Below, one piece after another: positions 25,461 to 38,259 of a DNA stretch of 64,000 bases; positions within the stretch are counted from its first letter, which is position 1, and every line of letters starts with the position of its first letter. Below the pieces are notes generated by a model that did not search any database, was not told the origin of the DNA, and was given only the letters and a program-made list of their open reading frames with translations. The position numbers and the translations under genes were made by a program. Source of the DNA: Hydrolagus affinis (taxonomy: Eukaryota). Location: positions 1 to 64,000 of the forward strand of contig JAAILG010000131.1 of assembly GCA_012026655.1 (NCBI GenBank), in the 5' to 3' direction.

Positions 25461-27369
25461 TGTTGATGTTGTTAATGATGCTTTTCGAAGGACTTTAAAT
25501 TGAAGTCTTATCTGCCCGTCCACATGATTGTTAAAGATTACAAGACACTATTCAAAAAGCAGAGGGTGTTTGTGCTGGAATCCTACCAACAATTTTCCAG
25601 ATGAGTCAGTTATTCACCCAAAGGTTTTTTGGGCATGCCTACAAAAACAGCACTTACTAAGTGCTCTTTCAATATCAAACATTTTCTAATGTGATAATGC
25701 AATATATAAAAAAGCAAGTTCTTTCATGGAAATGTACTGCGCAATGCAAGGAAAGCTCTATCGCTGGTGAAAAAGAGATGCTTCCAGCAAGTCAAACCCT
25801 TTCAGTTCAATGCACCCCAGCTGTATTGTAGATATTAGACTGGGATACAATGTAGAAAAAGTGTCCATCATCAGAATATCCAGGGCCCAATGAAAAATGT
25901 CAATGACTATATTTATCGCAAGATTCAAATCATCAAGTAAATAATACATCTGGTAAAATAACTGTAGGGCATCTTTACAACAACAACAAAATTACATTTG
26001 TATAGCATCTTTCACGTTAGGAGGACGTCCCAAGGCACTCTACAAAGGCAAACACAAAAATTTGGGCTTTGAAACTGGGTCAAAATGGACAATAAGACAG
26101 GGTTTAGATAGTGAAAAAGTATCTAGAAGCTTTCAGTAGAGGTAGAAGCACAAAATACCTTAGACAGCTGTCAAGGTATGTTTGATGGACTGGGGTATAT
26201 TAGGGCATAACCATGGGTCACTAAATGGGCTAGAAAGTAACAACTGCATTGAAATAAAAAAAATTTGCTTGATGATGTGAAAAGGCTATACATAATAAAA
26301 CAAGTGCACAATTTGTCAAATTGGGTCAACAACGGAATAACTGTTAATAAAAACGGTAAAACTAGAATGTGTTTTGACATAATTGGAATTTGTCTCATCA
26401 TCAGAATGAAGGAAGAGAGGTCACCAATCAAACCACTGAGCAAGTCATGGTTAGTGTTGCTAATGGACAAAATAATGTCTTTGCCAGTGGTAGACAATAC
26501 TAACCTTTGTATTTTCCATACACCTTTCAACCACAATACGTTAAAAAGACTTTATTTCAGCACTCTTCTGAAAGATTACTTATATGGAAAGAGAATTCAT
26601 GATATATTAAAAGCTACAACTTTTTAATATGATCTCGGAAATTACTCTTAAGCTTGCTATGCTTCATAATGCATTCCAATTATCAAACCGCATACATATT
26701 ATGAAATACCATGTGTTGTATTACTATTTGCCCAGGGGAGTATAATCTGCTATTCACAGCCTGTTTATCTGCACAATAAGATACAATCCACCAAGTCTTC
26801 TTCTTCATGGGACACTTTCCATGCGACCATTCCAATATGCATCGGTTTATTGCATATTAACATCACTCACCTCTAATGAAAACCAAATAACATATAAACA
26901 GATTACTGGTCCTAGGACCCGCAGGTAGAATTGCTGCATTAGTGAAATGAAAGCCAAAAGTGAGACCATGAGCACAAAATCTAAGCAGGAAGCTTGAGGC
27001 GACTGATGAGTATAATTCCTTCATGCACACTGTCACTATAGCTGTCCATCGGCATATTCCAGATCACAGATGTCTTTTATTACAAATGTCAGAATCATAA
27101 TCCCTCCAGGCTGCATGAGACATATGCCGAACACCTTTGCTAGCTGCATTTTTGCTTTGACAATGAATAGCAGCACCAATCTGCTTCAGGTGGGTTGAAA
27201 AGAAATCGTAAAAATATTCGATGGAATGTGTTTAAAATTGTATCATTGCATGGCTACACAGTCTATATTTTATTCATGTCTTAGAAATTTGCACATCACT
27301 CATTGACATAATTCTAATAGAGATGATTGCACTGGATGACAATTCAAGTACCCTAAAACGTTTCAACGC

Positions 27370-27668
27370 CAAATGTGCCAAAACTCTTGTGCATGCATTT
27401 ATCACTTCCTGGGGAGCCTCTCTGTCCCTACACTTTGGAACTCGATCCCACAATCCCTTCGCCTTGCTCCCTCTCTTGCCTCCTTCAGGACCATCTCAAG
27501 ACCCTCCTCTTCGACCGTGCCTTCAGTTGCCTTCCTATCTCTCTGCCCTTCCTCATCCCAACTGTGCCTTCCCCACCCCTTGCTTGGATCCTGACCCCTG
27601 ACTGTTCAGCACCTTAAGACATCCTCCTGACATGAAAGATGCTCTACAAATGTAATTTTGTTGTTGTT
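27370..27668 (+). mobile_element. L2 3' fragment with internal deletion
   Basis: AKTLVHAFITS is fused directly to LSVPTLWNSIP; (TTG)n tail. Confidence 0.85.
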
Positions 27669-27669
27669 T

Positions 27670-28005
27670 CATAATTCTTACATTTGATATACTGCATTTT
27701 CACATCATTGAAACATCTCAAAGGGCTTTATAGGATTTACTGTATTTTGTAGATTAATTATTCACCCAATTTACATTAGTAATGCCTCAGAAACATTTAT
27801 GAAGTAAATGACCCATTTTCGTTTAGGAATTGTTGGCCAGGGTACCAAGAAAAATTCCATTCTCCTTTTGAATAATGCTGTGGGATCCTTAACATCCACT
27901 TGAACAGGCGGATGAATCCTTTGTTTAATGTCTCATCCAAAGGACAGACCATCCGACAATGCAGTGTTTCCCCAGCACTGCACTGGAGGGAGTCCCTGCC
28001 TGGAC
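27670..28005 (-). mobile_element. Deu-domain SINE (headless)
   Basis: GGGATCCTTAACATCCACTTGAACAGG...TTTAATGTCTCATCCAAAGGAC. Confidence 0.75.
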
Positions 28006-29429
28006 AGTGAGTTCAAATACAACTTTTTCAAATACATATACGAATAGAGCACATCATATAGAGCATATGTATCTCAACAATGTGAAAAGGTGCTTTATCA
28101 AATGCAAGGATTATTTATTATTGTATAAATTGTATGTTATACAAATATCACTATATCATGCAGCTAATGAAGTTTAATATTCAGACACCATCTCAAAAGT
28201 ATATGAGCATTTTTATTGCTTGTAGTTTTCTCTAAGTTCAGGAAAATAAGCAAGGAAGAAGAGAAGCAACCATAGGCAAGGTGAAACAGCTGGGATTATA
28301 GGATTTAAAGTTATATAAAGAGGGGACAAGGTGGAAAATTGAGGCAGGGATGTAGGACCAGAGGTTAAGGCTGATGCCACGGACACCAATGATGGTTTTA
28401 GAGGGGTCAGCGGATGCGCAGTCAGGGCCTGTCTTAGCTGAGTGAAGGGGTTGGGCAGAGAAGTGGGGTATGAGCATGTTGGGGTATGCAGTCCCAACCA
28501 AGAGACATGGAACTACATCTCGTTTCAGATTACAGTCCGATAGGGCCAGGCACACAAGCAGTTGCAAGGTTTGTGGATCACACTGAAGTTACTGCAGTAT
28601 TCCGCTGCAATTGCTCGATTTTGTTTATGGAGAGAGCTGTGCCTCCTTCGGTCAGCTATAAGGAGAAAACAATTAATTCTCTCTTTTAACATTCTTTTTG
28701 GTTGAGATCCTCATATCGGGGACTAGGAGAACCTTTTCTCCTGATAATAAAAAGCACGAGCTGACTGAAGCAGTTTTAAATGTTTCACTACACATTAGTA
28801 GTCTCCTCTGAGATTTTGTCACAAAATGTCAACCTGTACACTGGTGAGCTATTCACAAGGGTGGATTGAACTGTCTGTGCACAATGATGCTTAAAAAAAA
28901 TCTGCCTTCTACATCAGAGATATGCTCTGTCTTGTATAAATTGCATTCAGTATCATTGTTAGAACCATAGAGATTCACAGCACAGAAGAAGGCCATTCGG
29001 ACCATTGAGTCTATGCTTTTTAAGACCAAGCCTATCAGTTCCATTCACCCGTCCATTCCTCACACCACCGCAGTTCACTCCTTTTTAGATATTTATTTTG
29101 TTCCCTTTTGAAAGATATGGATTCTGCTTCAAACACAGCTCTCAGCAAGGCATTTCATATCTTAATTACTGAGTGCATACATTCTCCTAACCTCTTTATT
29201 TCTTGGTTTGCTAACTAACTTAAATTGAGGCCTTTTAGTCACTATCTACAAACACCTTAAAAATGTAGTCAACCCACGTGGTTCACATCAAAATTTCTGC
29301 CCTCTCTAGCCTAACATTTAGCCATGTGTTTATTCTCTGAGTCATCTCTTTGAAAATAGAGGGACTCTTTTTTAATCGTAAATTGCAATGTGTGATATGA
29401 TCACAAGAGATGTGATTGTATTCTTCCAG

Positions 29430-30315
29430 AATACCATAAGACCATAAGAATTAGGAGCAGGCCATTCGGCCCTTCGAGCCTGCCCCGCCATTCAAAAAGA
29501 TCATGGCTGATCTTCCTACCTAACTTTAATTACCTGCCCCATCCCCATATCCCCTAATCCCTCTATTTTTAAAAAAATCTATCTTGAAAATGTTCAGGGA
29601 CTGAGTATCCACAGCCTTCTGGGGTAGCGAATTTCATAAATTCACAGTTACAGCTTGATAGTCCAAAGGTTCGTTAGTCCGAAGGTTCGTTAGTCCGAAG
29701 CTTCCTCTAACCCTAACATTCGGACTAACTGTATCTTATTGCAATCTTTTTGCATCATCCACAGAGCTCACTCTCCTACCTAGTTTAGTGTCATCCGCAA
29801 ATTTAGACACGTTACATTCAATGTCCTCGTCTAGATCATTGATGTAAATTGTAAATAGCTGAGGCCCAAGCACTGATCCTTGTGGCACTCCACTAGTTAC
29901 ATCCTGCCAATTCGAGACTGACCTGTTTATCCCTACTCTCTGTTTTCTACCAGTTAGCCATTCAACTATCCATGTTAATATATTCCCATGAATCCCGTGG
30001 GCCTTGATCTTGTGCAACAGCCTTTTTGTGTGGCACTTTATCAAATGCTTCTTAAAATCTAAATATGCCACATCTACTGGTTCCCCTCTATCCAAACTGC
30101 TGGATACATCTTCAAAAAACTAAAAGATTAGTCAAGCATGACTTCCCTTTTGTAAAGCCATGTTGGCTCTGCCTAATCTTTTTGTGGTTTTCCAGGTATC
30201 CCATAATGACGTCTTTAATTAAGGACTCAAGAATTTTCCCTACCACTGATGTTAGACTAACTGGTCTATAGTTCCCCATATTTTCTCTCCCACCCTTCTT
30301 AAATAGTGGAGTTAC
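29430..30315 (-). mobile_element. CR1 LINE remnant: RT-domain segment (29736-30315) joined to the 3'UTR (29430-29648) across a large deletion
   Basis: VDVAYLDFKK...SGVPQGSVLGPQLFTIYINDLD...SKFADDTKLG is a CR1-clade RT with the FADD catalytic motif; frameshifted; ACCATAAG-repeat tail. Confidence 0.95.
29651..29731. mobile_element. Tiny TA-flanked MITE-like insert
   Basis: TA|CAG...CTG|TA, with tandem 16-mer GGTTCGTTAGTCCGAA, CTAACCCTAAC, and an inverted TTCGGACTAAC. Confidence 0.6.
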
Positions 30316-30409
30316 GTTAATACGTTAATAATGGAGTTAAAACCCACTCTATGATAGTCTAAATACAGCATAGTTTGCTGCCTTGGCATATCTGAAACTA
30401 TTCGTGGAA

Positions 30410-30692
30410 GTGTGGAGTCCTGTAGCTCAGTGGTTAGAGCCTTACTAGCGTGAGACCTGTATTCGAATCCAGGCAGATCAGGGTGAAGCTTTGCGAAAGT
30501 TTTCTTACTCCATATGCCTAATAATAATAGCTCAAAAAAAAATTGGTCGCTGCTGTGCGCAATTGGCTGCCGCGTTTTGCCCACAAATATACTGTACAGT
30601 CAATTCACTTTACAGTAAGTGAAGCACTTTGAGATGTCTAGAAAACGTGAAAAGCGCTATATCAAATGCAAGGATAATTATTATTATTATTG
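30410..30692 (+). mobile_element. CORE-like SINE (short variant)
   Basis: GTGGAGTCCTGTAGCTCAGTGGTTAGAGC...TTCGAATCC...(ATT)n. Confidence 0.88.
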
Positions 30693-31339
30693 TTGTGGGT
30701 TTACCTTTTCAATCCTGTTTAAAATCTTACATACATCATTATTACCTTGTTTAAAATTGCATTCCCCAATCTGTAAGGAGGCACTTGACACAAATCAAAG
30801 GTTTCTTTGCTGAGGCCAAAGTTGGGGTCAAACAGCTGAACTATTATATCTGCATAAGTCTGATATGAAAGGTTTGTACCTCAAAGCTCAGTATGGAGTC
30901 AGGTTTGTGGGATTTCTCTGTGACAAGGTTAATTTGCTCTTGGCTGAGCTGCTGCCTTGCATTTACAGAGGTTCTGTTGGCTTTATTCCAATTCCTTCAT
31001 CCACACTCTTGGCAGAGTAATAAAGGTAGCAAAGGCTGCGCAGCATCCGAGGATGCTTGCCCAAATCTTCCAGATGGAGATGAATGGTGTTAGTGTGAGC
31101 AAACATGAGAAGAAGAAAGAATAAGGAAAACGTAAATACCATAAATATTTAGGTTTTACAAATTTCCCAAAGATCCTGTTTGCTGGCCAATGAGTTGCCA
31201 TTCAATATCCAGACAAAGATGCGAGTGTTGTCGAAAGTGAGCAGTGCTTGTGAACATTTGCTTACACAATTCGCAATCACTAAACTTTACATATATCCTG
31301 TGAAGCACTTTGAGACGTCTTTTTGATGTGAAAGAACAG

Positions 31340-31715
31340 AGCCATTGGCCAGGCTCCATTGACTCTCCATCACCGAACGGATCAACCAAGATTTTCACAC
31401 TCGTGTTCAAATCCCTGCACTCTCTGGCATCTCCCAGAAAATCTCCACTTCACCTTTCTATTGCTTGTGAGAGGTGAAATCAGGTCATCATATAAGATGT
31501 TCCATTCGACCTCCCCTTTGACTGGCACCGGCCTCCTGATCATCCCTCGCAGTGTCTCCCCCATCATCGGAAGTCGTGGTTTCAGCCATTATGCCCCGAA
31601 ACGTCAGTACACCCGCCCTCAATCCTTCCACCTTGCTCTCTCTCTCTCTCTCTCTCCTTTTTCAAGTCCTGCTTGCATAGAGGGAGCTATATAAGTCCAA
31701 ATTGTTGTTGTTGAA
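31340..31715 (+). mobile_element. Decayed L2 3' fragment carrying a locally copied insert at ~31445-31520
   Basis: GCCAGGCTCCATTGACTCTCCATC (LHWLP-like)...SPIIGSRGFSHYAPK...ATAAGTCCAAATTGTTGTTG tail. Confidence 0.7.
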
Positions 31716-32003
31716 AGGAGTTGTCTCTAATGTAAGGATTGTTGTTATTATATTGGGGCTGATAGCGTTGGTGTTTTAGGGTGGAAATCGGATTTGGGAT
31801 TTTTTTCTGCTACTCCTAAAATTACCAAGGAAAATCGTGGAAAATCTTACACAATGACCTTATTTCACCTCTCACAAGCAACAGGAAGGTGAAGAGGTTA
31901 GTTATACTAAATCTTTCTGGACTATTTTCCATGGTTCCGGAGATCTACCATGTATTTATCCTGTTTACAAAGGTTCTGCTGGCTTTATTCCCGTTCCTCC
32001 ATC

Positions 32004-32270
32004 AGACTGGGAAAATGTTACCAGTGGAGTTCCACAAGGATCTGTTTTGGGACCTCTTTTGTTTAATAGTTTTATAAATGATCTGGATCTAGGAGTTGCA
32101 AGTACAGTGGGTAAGTTTGCAGACAACACTAAGCTAATGAAGGTGGTAGGTTGTGAAGCTGAACAAGATAGGTTACAGGCAGATTTGAACATACTTGGGA
32201 ATTGGGCAGATCGGTGGAAGATGAAATTCAATGTGGAGAAATGTAAAGTACTTCACATGGAGAAAAATGG
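32004..32270 (+). mobile_element. CR1 RT-domain fragment
   Basis: SGVPQGSVLGPLLFNSFINDLD...GKFADNTKL...LQADLNILGNWADRWKMKFNVEKCKVLH. Confidence 0.93.
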
Positions 32271-33145
32271 GCACTTAAAGGCTCCATATCAAATGTAAGG
32301 ATTATTATTAGTATGATTGTAAAAATTATGCAACATTCTTCAATTTGGTTTTAATTTGGGAGCTGGTGCTTTGTACGAATAGAAGAAAAATAGCTTTCAA
32401 ATTGAAAATTTCTCCATAATTCGGTGCAATCCTAAATTTTAAAACAAAATAATCTAACAGGTTAAGGTTGTATAAGAGGTGTGGAACACTGTAGAGTGTT
32501 TACTCTCATGGACTAATTAGTGTAAATGGCCTGCTTCTGGGCTGTATTACTCTATATAAAGTGTGTATCACTCTTTTAAGTACTCTGAGATGCTACCCAT
32601 GTGAAGGGCACTATATAAATTTAAAGCTGTTGTTGTTGTGTAACAGGGTGATTACCGGTAGGTGGGATTTCAGGTTCTTGTCAGCACACTTTTCTAAACT
32701 GATTCATTTCTGTGTTTCAACAGTACTGTACTTATTTGTCAATCAAGTTTCTCAGCTGGATATCTGCTGTTGAACAAAGTGAACAAACCAAGAACTTCGG
32801 GGGTAAAAAAGATAATATTCATCCACCTACTGCAGTCAAACAACAAACAGATAAAATGCAGAAATGTCATTGAGATGTCTCATAACAGTAATGCCTGAGC
32901 ATCTTTTGATTAAGAATTGAGAACTTGCGGGTGACGGAAAGGTCAACAGTAAACTATTCTTTTTAATGTTCTCCCACCTGTTACTTCCGCATTCACTGTG
33001 TCATTTGTGACTGAATCCTCCTCGATATCTCAAGACACCCTCAGCCCCTGCCCTCAAGTCGTTTCCATTCAGTTAGATTTTAATCAGCAAACAATCTGCA
33101 ACATATTTAGCTGTCGTCAACTGTCAAAAAGTATGTTGGACTCAC

Positions 33146-33186
33146 ATTAAGAAACCTCCCACAGAGTTCCACAAATAGCTTGCAGA
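33146..33186 (-). other. Candidate exon B (41 nt)
   Basis: Acceptor TTGTTTTGTTTTCAG|TCT and donor AAT|GTGAGT, inside an apparently repeat-free block. Confidence 0.35.
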
Positions 33187-34625
33187 CTGAAAACAAAACA
33201 ATTACTTCTATTGCATATGTCACAGGAAATCTTGCCCAGCTAATCTCCGTGTTTAAAGGCATACCTTTAAATAGGGTTTCCTCTCCGAACACACGCTTCC
33301 ACAGGAAGCACCTCGGGTGAGTCATTGCAAAATTAATTAGGTTTTATATTGACTCTGCTACAAATGGTGGAACAGATGATTCATTATTTCCACCCTGACC
33401 TCGGTACATGTCAGCCTCACTGTCTTGCTCACTGCCATCAGTGCAAAGGATGATGCGCTAAATGCATTACATGATTTATAAAATGTGGCATTGACAGTGT
33501 TCATAATTTAGGTGCACGGCAGTGCTGAAAGAATGATTGATATCTGATTCCCTTCACAGACCTACAGGTGCCTCCTAAGTTCTGTTGGATGCTTGACAAT
33601 AAGCGCATCAAACAGCCAGCATGCCAAGTCACTGATGACTGAATAACTAAACCTGTGTCCTTCCCAACTCTGAAGATTTGTCAGACATTTGAGCTTCAGC
33701 AGCACTCTCTGCTGATATGTACAATTAAAACTTGTAGTATTAAAGGCACAGGATAATAAATGTAAGGCACTGCATAAAAGTACCAAAGCAAAAGGTCAGA
33801 TTTCACAATTTATTTTTCCCCATTTGAATAAATACATTTATGAAGATCACAAGAGAAATATAAACAAAAGAAATCCTATGACCAATATTATTGTTCCACA
33901 ACACCCACCTTACATCCACCAATTACATTGTCAAGTGTGTCCAGTGACCTGGCCTCATCCACTCATTTTTTATAACCCTTTACACCTGTTCTTACTTGTT
34001 GTGCAAAGAAATACTTCCTGGTGTCTTTCCTAAAATTGGAATTTAGATTCCTAAAGCTGTTGTCCTCATATCCTGCAGCATATCTGACAGTAAGGTTCAG
34101 AGCTTGTTTTTTTTCAAAATACCTCTAAAGGTTCACTCTGTAATGTCTATGTTCAAGCCTGAAGTTCCCTAATTGTTGCCCCTAGGTTACCTCCAAACTC
34201 TGTGGATTAGCTTTTTGTTGTTCTCTATATGGCATCTGGAGCCTACGCAGCTCCTTGAGTCACAAGTAGAAATGTAAGCAGTATTCCAAATTTGGCCTAA
34301 TCAGATCATTGTATGACTTCTGGGATCTGCACTCAACTCATTTAGCAATGTGGCCCAGCATCCTGAGTGCTACGTTTATTTTGATGAGACTAATTTTCGT
34401 GTTTCTACAGCTGCATGACTGAGACCTAAAACCAACTGAGTATCTCAGCACAGACAGAAACTGGTAACATAATGGTCTGTGGTACTAAACTATGTGGAGA
34501 CATTAACCATTCAGCAATTTGGGCAACACAAAATCATTCTTTGTAGGAAAGAATTAAAGTATGCTGTGTTAAGTGCTTTGATTTGTGAAATGCTATATCA
34601 GATGTAAGGAATATAATTTTTTAAA

Positions 34626-34712
34626 AAGGCAAAATGCTGCAGATGCTGGAATCTTGAAATAAAATTGTCCATAGGTGCTGCCTGATCTGCTGAGTGTTCC
34701 CAGCAACTTCTG
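34626..34712. mobile_element. Second Penelope-type terminal remnant (two opposed pieces)
   Basis: GCAAAATGCTGCAGATGCTGGAATCTTGAAA is the reverse complement of ~13383-13412. It is followed by TGCTGCCTGATCTGCTGAGTGTTCCCAGCAACTTCTG, which matches 13340-13376. Confidence 0.7.
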
Positions 34713-37700
34713 TAGGAATATTATTATGTATAGGGAAGCAAGTAAATGGAACTGAACGGATTGCTCTTTCAAAGAGTCATCTTTCAAAGCTCATAATAAC
34801 AATTGCTCTTTCAATGAACATGTTTGGTCAAATGGCCTTCTTTACTGGACAGTTCTGTCACCATAAAATTACAAGATCACAAGATTGATTTAGATGAAGC
34901 AGGCCCTTTAACTTCTGATCAGGCCCATCTGATCTTATCATTTTCAGAACATCCAATCTACCATCTTCCCTTCACAAAAGGATTTTATGGTCCTACTGTC
35001 AGTATAGTTAACGAACAAGTAGAAACCATTATCTATTTATTCCTTAACGAAATGTCACAATTTAATTTTCAATTTAATGTTCTACCAAAAATAGAAATCA
35101 CTGAATGAAGATTTGCTGGATGATAACAAAGGCAAACATTAATCTAATACATTATAAACCTGGTAACACAATTTGCCGGCCATATTGCCAAATTACAATG
35201 TTCCTACAAGTTGGTTGATAGGAAAACAGAGACACAACTGAAACAAAATACAGAAGTACAGACACAACACAATGAAAAATAATCTCTGTATAAATTTTTG
35301 AAAAGATTAAACATGCTTATTGTGCACTTTAATTATTTTTTGTGGAGAATATTCCCCTCTGTATAACCAGCAACTGTGAAGGTTTTGTCATTTTTATTCA
35401 TATTATTAATTTTAAGTTACAATTTTGAATGTTTCATTAAAAAGCCAGCTGAATTCCCCATATTTGTTCAGTAGATGACACGGCAAAGCAAAGACGAGCC
35501 AGATAGAAAAGACAGTTCCTGGGGTTTATCTGTAGTTTTGTTGAGTTTGCTAAATTTGTGTAGCCAGAAGTTATAATAATCCATGTAGTTAATATAGCAT
35601 CTCTCACGTCAGAAGGACAGAAGGACATTTCACAGAATTTACTGTAAAATGAATGGGTAACAATAATAATGTAAAAGTAGTCTTTACATTTGATATAACA
35701 TCTTTCACATTGAGAAGATGACTCAAAGCTCATCACCGTATTTATTATAAAGAGTAGTAGCTGAGTATTTTGTAGGTGAACGCGGCAACCAATTTGCATA
35801 TACCAATGTGTCATGAACAGCCATGAAGTGAATTACCAATATTTTTCTGGGGATTATTGTTCAGGAGACTGGGAGAAACTCTCTTTTCGTATCATGCCAC
35901 CTGTACAGACAGATAATATATCTCAGCTGAAGGATTCTATTAGGGTCCCTGAGGTTAGGAGAATGCAGCCAGACTTCTCAATCCTGGTTAATGGGCAGTG
36001 AGCACTACAGGAAATGCAATGTGCAGATTCTGGACGAAGATAGGATCTGTCTCAGTTAGTATGGCCCAGCAGGTCAAATAACTTGCTAATGCTCGTTGCG
36101 TGCACAATAATTTAGCGAGGGTACCAGCAGCGGAAAACCAATAGGAGATTTCCAAAACATCTGCACGATCTTACATTTTAATATACATTAATGGTTTTCA
36201 GCCTACAAAACCATGAGAAACATCTGGTCTCTGGTGCTCTTAACTGTTTGAAATGAGCAAGGAGAACTAAGAACTTTCTTCTCTGCTGGGGTGGCTAATT
36301 GCAGCCTCCTTTGTTTCTGGCTGATGCAGATTACTTTAGCTGCAATAGGAGTAAAGGCAATCAGTCTAGCTGGTTTGGAGAGTCATTAAGCTCTGGAGCA
36401 AGAAGAACTGGGTGCACCACTGGATACCAGGAGATGGAGGGGAAAGCAGCCCAGGCTCAGGAGCAGGCTCAGAAGGAAGGAAATGAACCTGTGACCCATC
36501 AATCCATTGTCAGACTGAGAAGTGAAGGTTAAAGACTCAGTCACAGAGCTGGTGATTAAACTGATTTATGCCATGCAAAAAAAAAATGGATTCTTATACA
36601 TTTTTTACTGTAATGAGTGCAGTAATTTTATCTGTTGTATATTACCCGATAACTCAAATTTGTCTCCCTCTTGTTTTATTACATTTTCTCTCTGCCTCTT
36701 CTAATTCCTTTCTTCCTCCCACTGTGGTTCGCTCTCACAACTCATGTATGTTGGAAGACTAATGCAACATCCTCTACATCTGAATTGTCTGTATACGGTG
36801 AGTACATGGTTCATTCAATGACACAGTTACCACTCCACTCTTATTCATAAAACCTCAAATCACGGAACTGGCTAAAAATAAATACCAGTCATTGAAAATC
36901 CATTTAGTGGTGATTGAAAAAAGTGAGTCATCCTTGTCATTCCATTTGTAAGTAATTTTAAACCATTACAAGCACAAACAGGCAGGAGAACTGAAATACT
37001 GAGTCCTTCAAGGTTTCAATGAAACAGGATAAAAAGCAGAGACAGTGGTGCAGCTAATGTGGAAAGATAATGCTTTACAAGTGGAAATGAAAGAAAGACA
37101 GAATTCAAACAAGCCTGCTTTAGATATATCAGCTTTCCAATTCATGTTGGAATCAATCAGACGGACTTGTGGATATTTTCTAACAAACTGCATTAAGAGC
37201 ACTGTGTTCCCATTTCCAAAATCTAAATGTTGTTGCCTTGTTGGGCAGCCATGTAACATCAGACCTATAGCAGTGAAACGACTAAGAAATTCGACTACTT
37301 ATTTTGAAATGTCTGTGCCTCAGACAATGTGGCTCCAGGCATCACATCTGTGCATGCTATGTGCACACTCCAGCGCATAGGGACGTCCTGCCGATGTGAA
37401 AGGCCCTATATAAATTTTATTTGCTGTTTCGTTTTGTTGTTTGTGTGAGCAAGTTGGTTTCTCATTTGGAATGCAGGATCTTGTGGTGAAGCTTTCTGAT
37501 CAGAATAGGTCACTTATTTTGCAACATTTAACTTCATTACCTACAACAGCTCCATTAAACTCAAATGAATGTTCCTCATAAAACATATTGCAGGCATACT
37601 GGGAGAAGTGGAAAGAAGTAGTGGGTGTTCATCCGTTGCATTTTTCATTGGAATAGGATTGGGCCATTTAGCACCTCAAGCCTGTTATAACAATTAAAAT

Positions 37701-38259
37701 AATCCTGCAATTGATATAGCATTTTTCACATCTTCTGGACATTTCAAAGCGCTTCACAGAATATACTGTAAAGTGAATTGACTTTATATTTGTGGGAGAA
37801 ATGCGGTAGCCAGTTACACAGAGCAATGTCTCACAAACAGTTGTGCATCGAAGTGACCAATTTTGTTTGTTCTTCCATTCTATATCATGACTGATGTATA
37901 CCTCAACTCAATTTACCCATCTTTCCTACATATCCCTTGATAATAATGTTCCTTACATTTGATATAGAGGCGCTCTGACATGCAGTCTGGCGTGGAGGGC
38001 ATTATATAAATCCAAGTTGTTTGTTTGATATAGTGTCTGTCTTATGATGTCTTCAAGACATCTCAAGGTGTTTCACAGAATATATTGTAAAGTGAATTGA
38101 CTATGTTTTGTGGGCGAAATGCAACAGCCAATTGTGCACAGCAGTGTCCCACAAACAGTCGTGGATTGTAATGACCGATTTTATTATTGTGTTTTTTTGG
38201 GACGGATTATTATTAGTCGTGTGGAGTAAGGAAACTTGCCCAAGGTTTCGCCCTGATCT

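Noticed and set aside
29736-30095. Reverse transcriptase ORF as a functional gene or retron-like system
   Set aside because: It is a short, frameshifted CR1 fragment with no intact ORF2 or partner genes; the same applies to 32047-32298.
36299-36532. Plausible-looking ORF (…EMEGKAAQAQEQAQKEG…)
   Set aside because: Non-ATG start, no convincing splice-site pair and no recognisable homology.
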